This document shows positions 16,950-20,000 of a stretch of DNA of 20,000 nucleotides, piece by piece. A model generated the notes under the pieces. That model saw only the letters and a program-made list of their open reading frames with translations. It made no database searches and was not told the DNA's origin. Position 1 is the first letter of the stretch. Every line of letters begins with the position of its first letter. The translations under genes and the position numbers were made by a program. Source of the DNA: an uncultured virus (IMG/VR IMGVR_UViG_3300035698_026924) (lineage: Duplodnaviria; Heunggongvirae; Uroviricota; Caudoviricetes); IMG/VR virus record IMGVR_UViG_3300035698_026924. The stretch is one strand, 5' to 3'.

Positions 16950-17549
16950 ATGCCACAAAAAACGAGTACAACTCCCAAAATAATAGTGTTTCTGCATTTG
17001 CATAAAACTGGCGGGAGCGCTTTATCAGATCATTTTAAAGAGCAGCTAGCCAACGATTTTGATACTATCTTTGTGCACGGAAAGCATTACTTTGGCAATA
17101 TGCAAATTAAGCTAGCAAGTCATGGATATTCATTTAGCGTTGTTAGGCATCCATATGCCAGATGTGTATCCAGTATAAATTTCTTAAAAGTAACATTTAA
17201 TCAAAACATGATGTTGCTACAAAGAATTTTATCAACCATGGACAAAACAGTAAACTTAGAAATTATAGAACACATAGGCGAAGAATGCATAAAATCACTA
17301 GATGTAATGCAAACACAATCGTCTTTAACAAAAAAGTTTAAAGTCGATAAGATATACAAATACGAAAACGGATTTGAAAAAATAATCGAAGACATCAATA
17401 AGCAAACAGGTACAAATGTGCCTTTAAAAGTACCACGAAAAAATGTATCAAAGCCATTTTATACAGTTGACCAACTAACAGACAGCCAAAAAGAAAGAAT
17501 ACAAATCGTATACAAAAATGACTTTGAAGAGTGGGAGAAAGCAGTATGA
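16950..17549 (+). CDS. Sulfotransferase family (Sulfotransfer_2-like) protein
   Basis: 5'-PSB loop FLHLHKTGGSAL, 3'-PB motif FSVVRHPYARCVS, KYEN and a C-terminal VYKNDF. Confidence 0.85.
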   Translation: MPQKTSTTPKIIVFLHLHKTGGSALSDHFKEQLANDFDTIFVHGKHYFGNMQIKLASHGYSFSVVRHPYARCVSSINFLKVTFNQNMMLLQRILSTMDKTVNLEIIEHIGEECIKSLDVMQTQSSLTKKFKVDKIYKYENGFEKIIEDINKQTGTNVPLKVPRKNVSKPFYTVDQLTDSQKERIQIVYKNDFEEWEKAV

Positions 17550-18595
17550 TAAAATGTGCTTTTAAATGTATACCGCATGTCAGATCGGAAATGATAATAG
17601 ATTGCATTAAAAACGGTTGCCCTGTTTTAAACCAGAATCTTAACCCAACCGCTTATTATGATAGCGATGATTACTTTTCAATAACAGTTGTATGCAATCC
17701 ATACACCAGATACGTCAATATGATAAACGATTTAATAAATAGCAATCAATTTTTCAAAAATGTTTTGATTGGATACAAAATACCATGCGATTTGTCATTG
17801 ATAGAAAGATTTTGTGACAAAACAAAATTTGATATATTAATGCCAACATATAAAAAGCAACAAGACATAATAAAAAATTTACCTTTTGATCATGTGGCAA
17901 AAATTGAAGAAGGCGAAAGCAACATATTAAGAACAATAAAAGAAAAAACAAAGATGCCATTATTAATACAAAAAACAGGAAAAGCAAAAATGAGTTGTAA
18001 TTTTAACATAATATGTTTCATGCATATTCCTAAAACTGGCGGATCAGCCCTTGGAAGCCATTTAAACAAGTATTTCCAAAACAAGAATGACATATTCATT
18101 CATCATTGGCATGGAATATCAAATCAATTACACAAAAAACCGTCATACCATAAAAATGCTTTTTTGTTTTCAGTGATAAGAAATCCTATTGATAGATATG
18201 TATCAACAATAAATTGGATGCAGCTAAAAAATGAAAAAGATCAACATTTATTAAGATCAATATTAAAAATCCATGGAAAAGACATAGATCTAAGTTTAAT
18301 AGAGCATTTAGATGCAGACACGATAAGCAAGATAGAAAAGTTAAAAACACAACATTCATTTGTGTCCGGGTATAATGTTTCTAACATATTCGTATATCAA
18401 AAAGATTTTAGTGGCATAATAAAATCACTAAACCAAAAAACATCATCTAATATCGAGTGCGCAGTACCAATATTTAACGAATCCAATAAGTATTTTAGCC
18501 CTAACGACTTAACCAAAGTTCAAAAAGATAAAATAAAGTTGTTGTATAAAGAAGATTTCAAATTAATGAGCAAATATGAATCCTTTAGTATTTAA
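17546..18595 (+). CDS. Two-domain sulfotransferase-family protein (degenerate N-terminal domain, intact C-terminal domain)
   Basis: ATG at 17546 forms an ATGA overlap with the previous stop. The N-domain has SITVVCNPYTRYV but no KTGG loop. The C-domain has FMHIPKTGGSAL, FSVIRNPIDRYVS and LYKEDF. Confidence 0.85.
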   Translation: MIKCAFKCIPHVRSEMIIDCIKNGCPVLNQNLNPTAYYDSDDYFSITVVCNPYTRYVNMINDLINSNQFFKNVLIGYKIPCDLSLIERFCDKTKFDILMPTYKKQQDIIKNLPFDHVAKIEEGESNILRTIKEKTKMPLLIQKTGKAKMSCNFNIICFMHIPKTGGSALGSHLNKYFQNKNDIFIHHWHGISNQLHKKPSYHKNAFLFSVIRNPIDRYVSTINWMQLKNEKDQHLLRSILKIHGKDIDLSLIEHLDADTISKIEKLKTQHSFVSGYNVSNIFVYQKDFSGIIKSLNQKTSSNIECAVPIFNESNKYFSPNDLTKVQKDKIKLLYKEDFKLMSKYESFSI

Positions 18596-19115
18596 CAATA
18601 TACCGCTAACTAATTCAGATCGTATAATCAATTTTATACACAATATGAATATAGACAACAAAAACAAAAAAGAACATAGTGTAATTTTAAACGAAGTGTG
18701 CAACAAAGAAATATACATTGGTGACGAAAATTATCAATCTTTTAGCGTCATTTGCCATCCATACACAAGGTATATTAATTCCATCAATTTCATAAAAAGT
18801 AACGAAAGTTTATTTTTATCATTGTTAAAATGTTTTAATATAAATTGTGACTTAGACCTAATAAAAGTATTTTTTGATACACCATTTATGAATTTATTCC
18901 CACAATTAAGACCACAGTCGGATTTTTTAATCAGGGGAACACAACGTGTATTCAAATCTGAAGGTGGAATAAACAAAATATTAAAAAGTCTTGGATACAA
19001 AAATTTAACACCAGTCCTGACTGAAAAACGCAATGACATATTGACAAAACAACAAAAAAGTCTAATATTAGAAATGTACAAGATGGATTTTATCAAATTT
19101 GGGTACCATAGTTAA
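18576..19115 (+). CDS. Degenerate sulfotransferase-like protein
   Basis: SFSVICHPYTRYINS, LRPQSDFL and MYKMDFIKFGY are retained. The 5'-PSB KTGG loop is absent. Confidence 0.7.
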   Translation: MNPLVFNNIPLTNSDRIINFIHNMNIDNKNKKEHSVILNEVCNKEIYIGDENYQSFSVICHPYTRYINSINFIKSNESLFLSLLKCFNINCDLDLIKVFFDTPFMNLFPQLRPQSDFLIRGTQRVFKSEGGINKILKSLGYKNLTPVLTEKRNDILTKQQKSLILEMYKMDFIKFGYHS

Positions 19116-19882
19116 AATATTTTAACATCAATTTTAACACATAGATCAAAATCTTTATTTTTATTTATCTTAATAGAAGAGTATCTTCTAAATAAATGGT
19201 GAAAAGAAATCATGTGGTGATCAACACCATTGAGAGTCATTTTCCCATTCTTATAAGACAAGTTGATGTTTTTTTCTAAGATATTGTACCCAGATATTTC
19301 ATGGCCAATGCCGCATTGTATGTTAAAAAGCCACTTTATATATTCTTGGTATTCTGCTTCATCAAATCCGTAATACTTATACTTATTGTTTGACAATCTT
19401 TTGTCTAACAATATTGAAATATAATCAAAATCAGAAATTTTTCTTTTTAAAAAGAACAATTGTCCTATATAGCTCCTAAATCTTATTCCAACGTGACTGG
19501 AGTCAAGCACAGACATATCACCGATAAATGTGTCATGATCAACCCACCCCCAATATCTATAACCTTCACAAACATCTGGAAACAAATATTCATAGAATGG
19601 CTTGAATCCACAAACACATCCAGTTAAAAATCTTCCATCAATTTTTTCGTATTTTTCAAAATCAATATTTCTAAAAGAAGACAAATCTGACTTAAATTCA
19701 GAAAATTCGTATTTTTTTAGAAAAATATTGCTTGCACTACCAATTACATCGGCCCACTCTTGCGGATGATCACATAAAATATGAAAATCTATATTAGACG
19801 CTTTAGACCAAGTATGAGTAACAAGTTTATGCAGCTGCGACGGTTTTCCAAAAAACAGCATTATCGCACAGTAATTATTCAT
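19112..19882 (-). CDS. DUF6625-like protein (possible glycosyltransferase-type fold)
   Basis: The I.LFFGKP, CGFKPFYEYLF, Y.YWGWVDHDTFIGD (DxD) and YGFDE motifs match the family as recalled. Confidence 0.7.
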   Translation of the reverse strand: MNNYCAIMLFFGKPSQLHKLVTHTWSKASNIDFHILCDHPQEWADVIGSASNIFLKKYEFSEFKSDLSSFRNIDFEKYEKIDGRFLTGCVCGFKPFYEYLFPDVCEGYRYWGWVDHDTFIGDMSVLDSSHVGIRFRSYIGQLFFLKRKISDFDYISILLDKRLSNNKYKYYGFDEAEYQEYIKWLFNIQCGIGHEISGYNILEKNINLSYKNGKMTLNGVDHHMISFHHLFRRYSSIKINKNKDFDLCVKIDVKIF

Positions 19883-20000
19883 TACCTATATACACATCCA
19901 GTTAAAAATCTTTCATCAATTTTTTCGTATTTTTCAAAATCAATATTTCTAAAAGAAGACAAATCTGACTTAAATTCAGAAAATTCGTATTTTTTTAGAA
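19614..20000. repeat. Tandem duplication with a 278-bp period (second copy runs off the window)
   Basis: 19892-20000 equals 19614-19722 except for one substitution (C19635 vs T19913). Confidence 0.95.
19882..20000 (-). pseudogene. Truncated duplicate of the N-terminal part of the DUF6625-like gene
   Basis: Reads ...FLKKYEFSEFKSDLSSFRNIDFEKYEKIDERFLTGCVYR*, with its TAA overlapping the ATG at 19882. The 5' part is outside the window. Confidence 0.7.

Noticed and set aside
1..20000. Stop-codon reassignment as seen in some jumbo phages
   Set aside because: Coding density is high under code 11, and TAG, TGA and TAA all end genes at sensible places, including overlaps with the next start.

Overview
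AT-rich, densely coding DNA (genetic code 11) that looks like part of a large myovirus or jumbo-phage genome. All protein family calls come from motif recognition and memory, not database searches. Virion genes include a T4 gp2-like DNA end-protector fragment, a 1243-aa tape-measure-like protein, and a cluster of tube-initiator-like, gp53/LysM-like, gp19-like tail-tube and hub-like genes. Accessory genes include HTH proteins, a degenerate methyltransferase-like protein, an Asp-box sialidase-fold protein, a cold-shock-domain protein, three sulfotransferase-family ORFs and a DUF6625-like protein with a recent partial tandem duplication. The standout is the ORF-free stretch at about 14050-14427 on the minus strand, directly after a conserved 242-aa uncharacterised gene. 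It reads as a structured ncRNA containing an (AAGCUC)4 repeat, two tandem circularly permuted tRNA-like modules (T-arm, loop-closed acceptor stem, D-arm, no anticodon), nested closing helices and a terminator. This is a candidate protein + tRNA-mimic RNA system.
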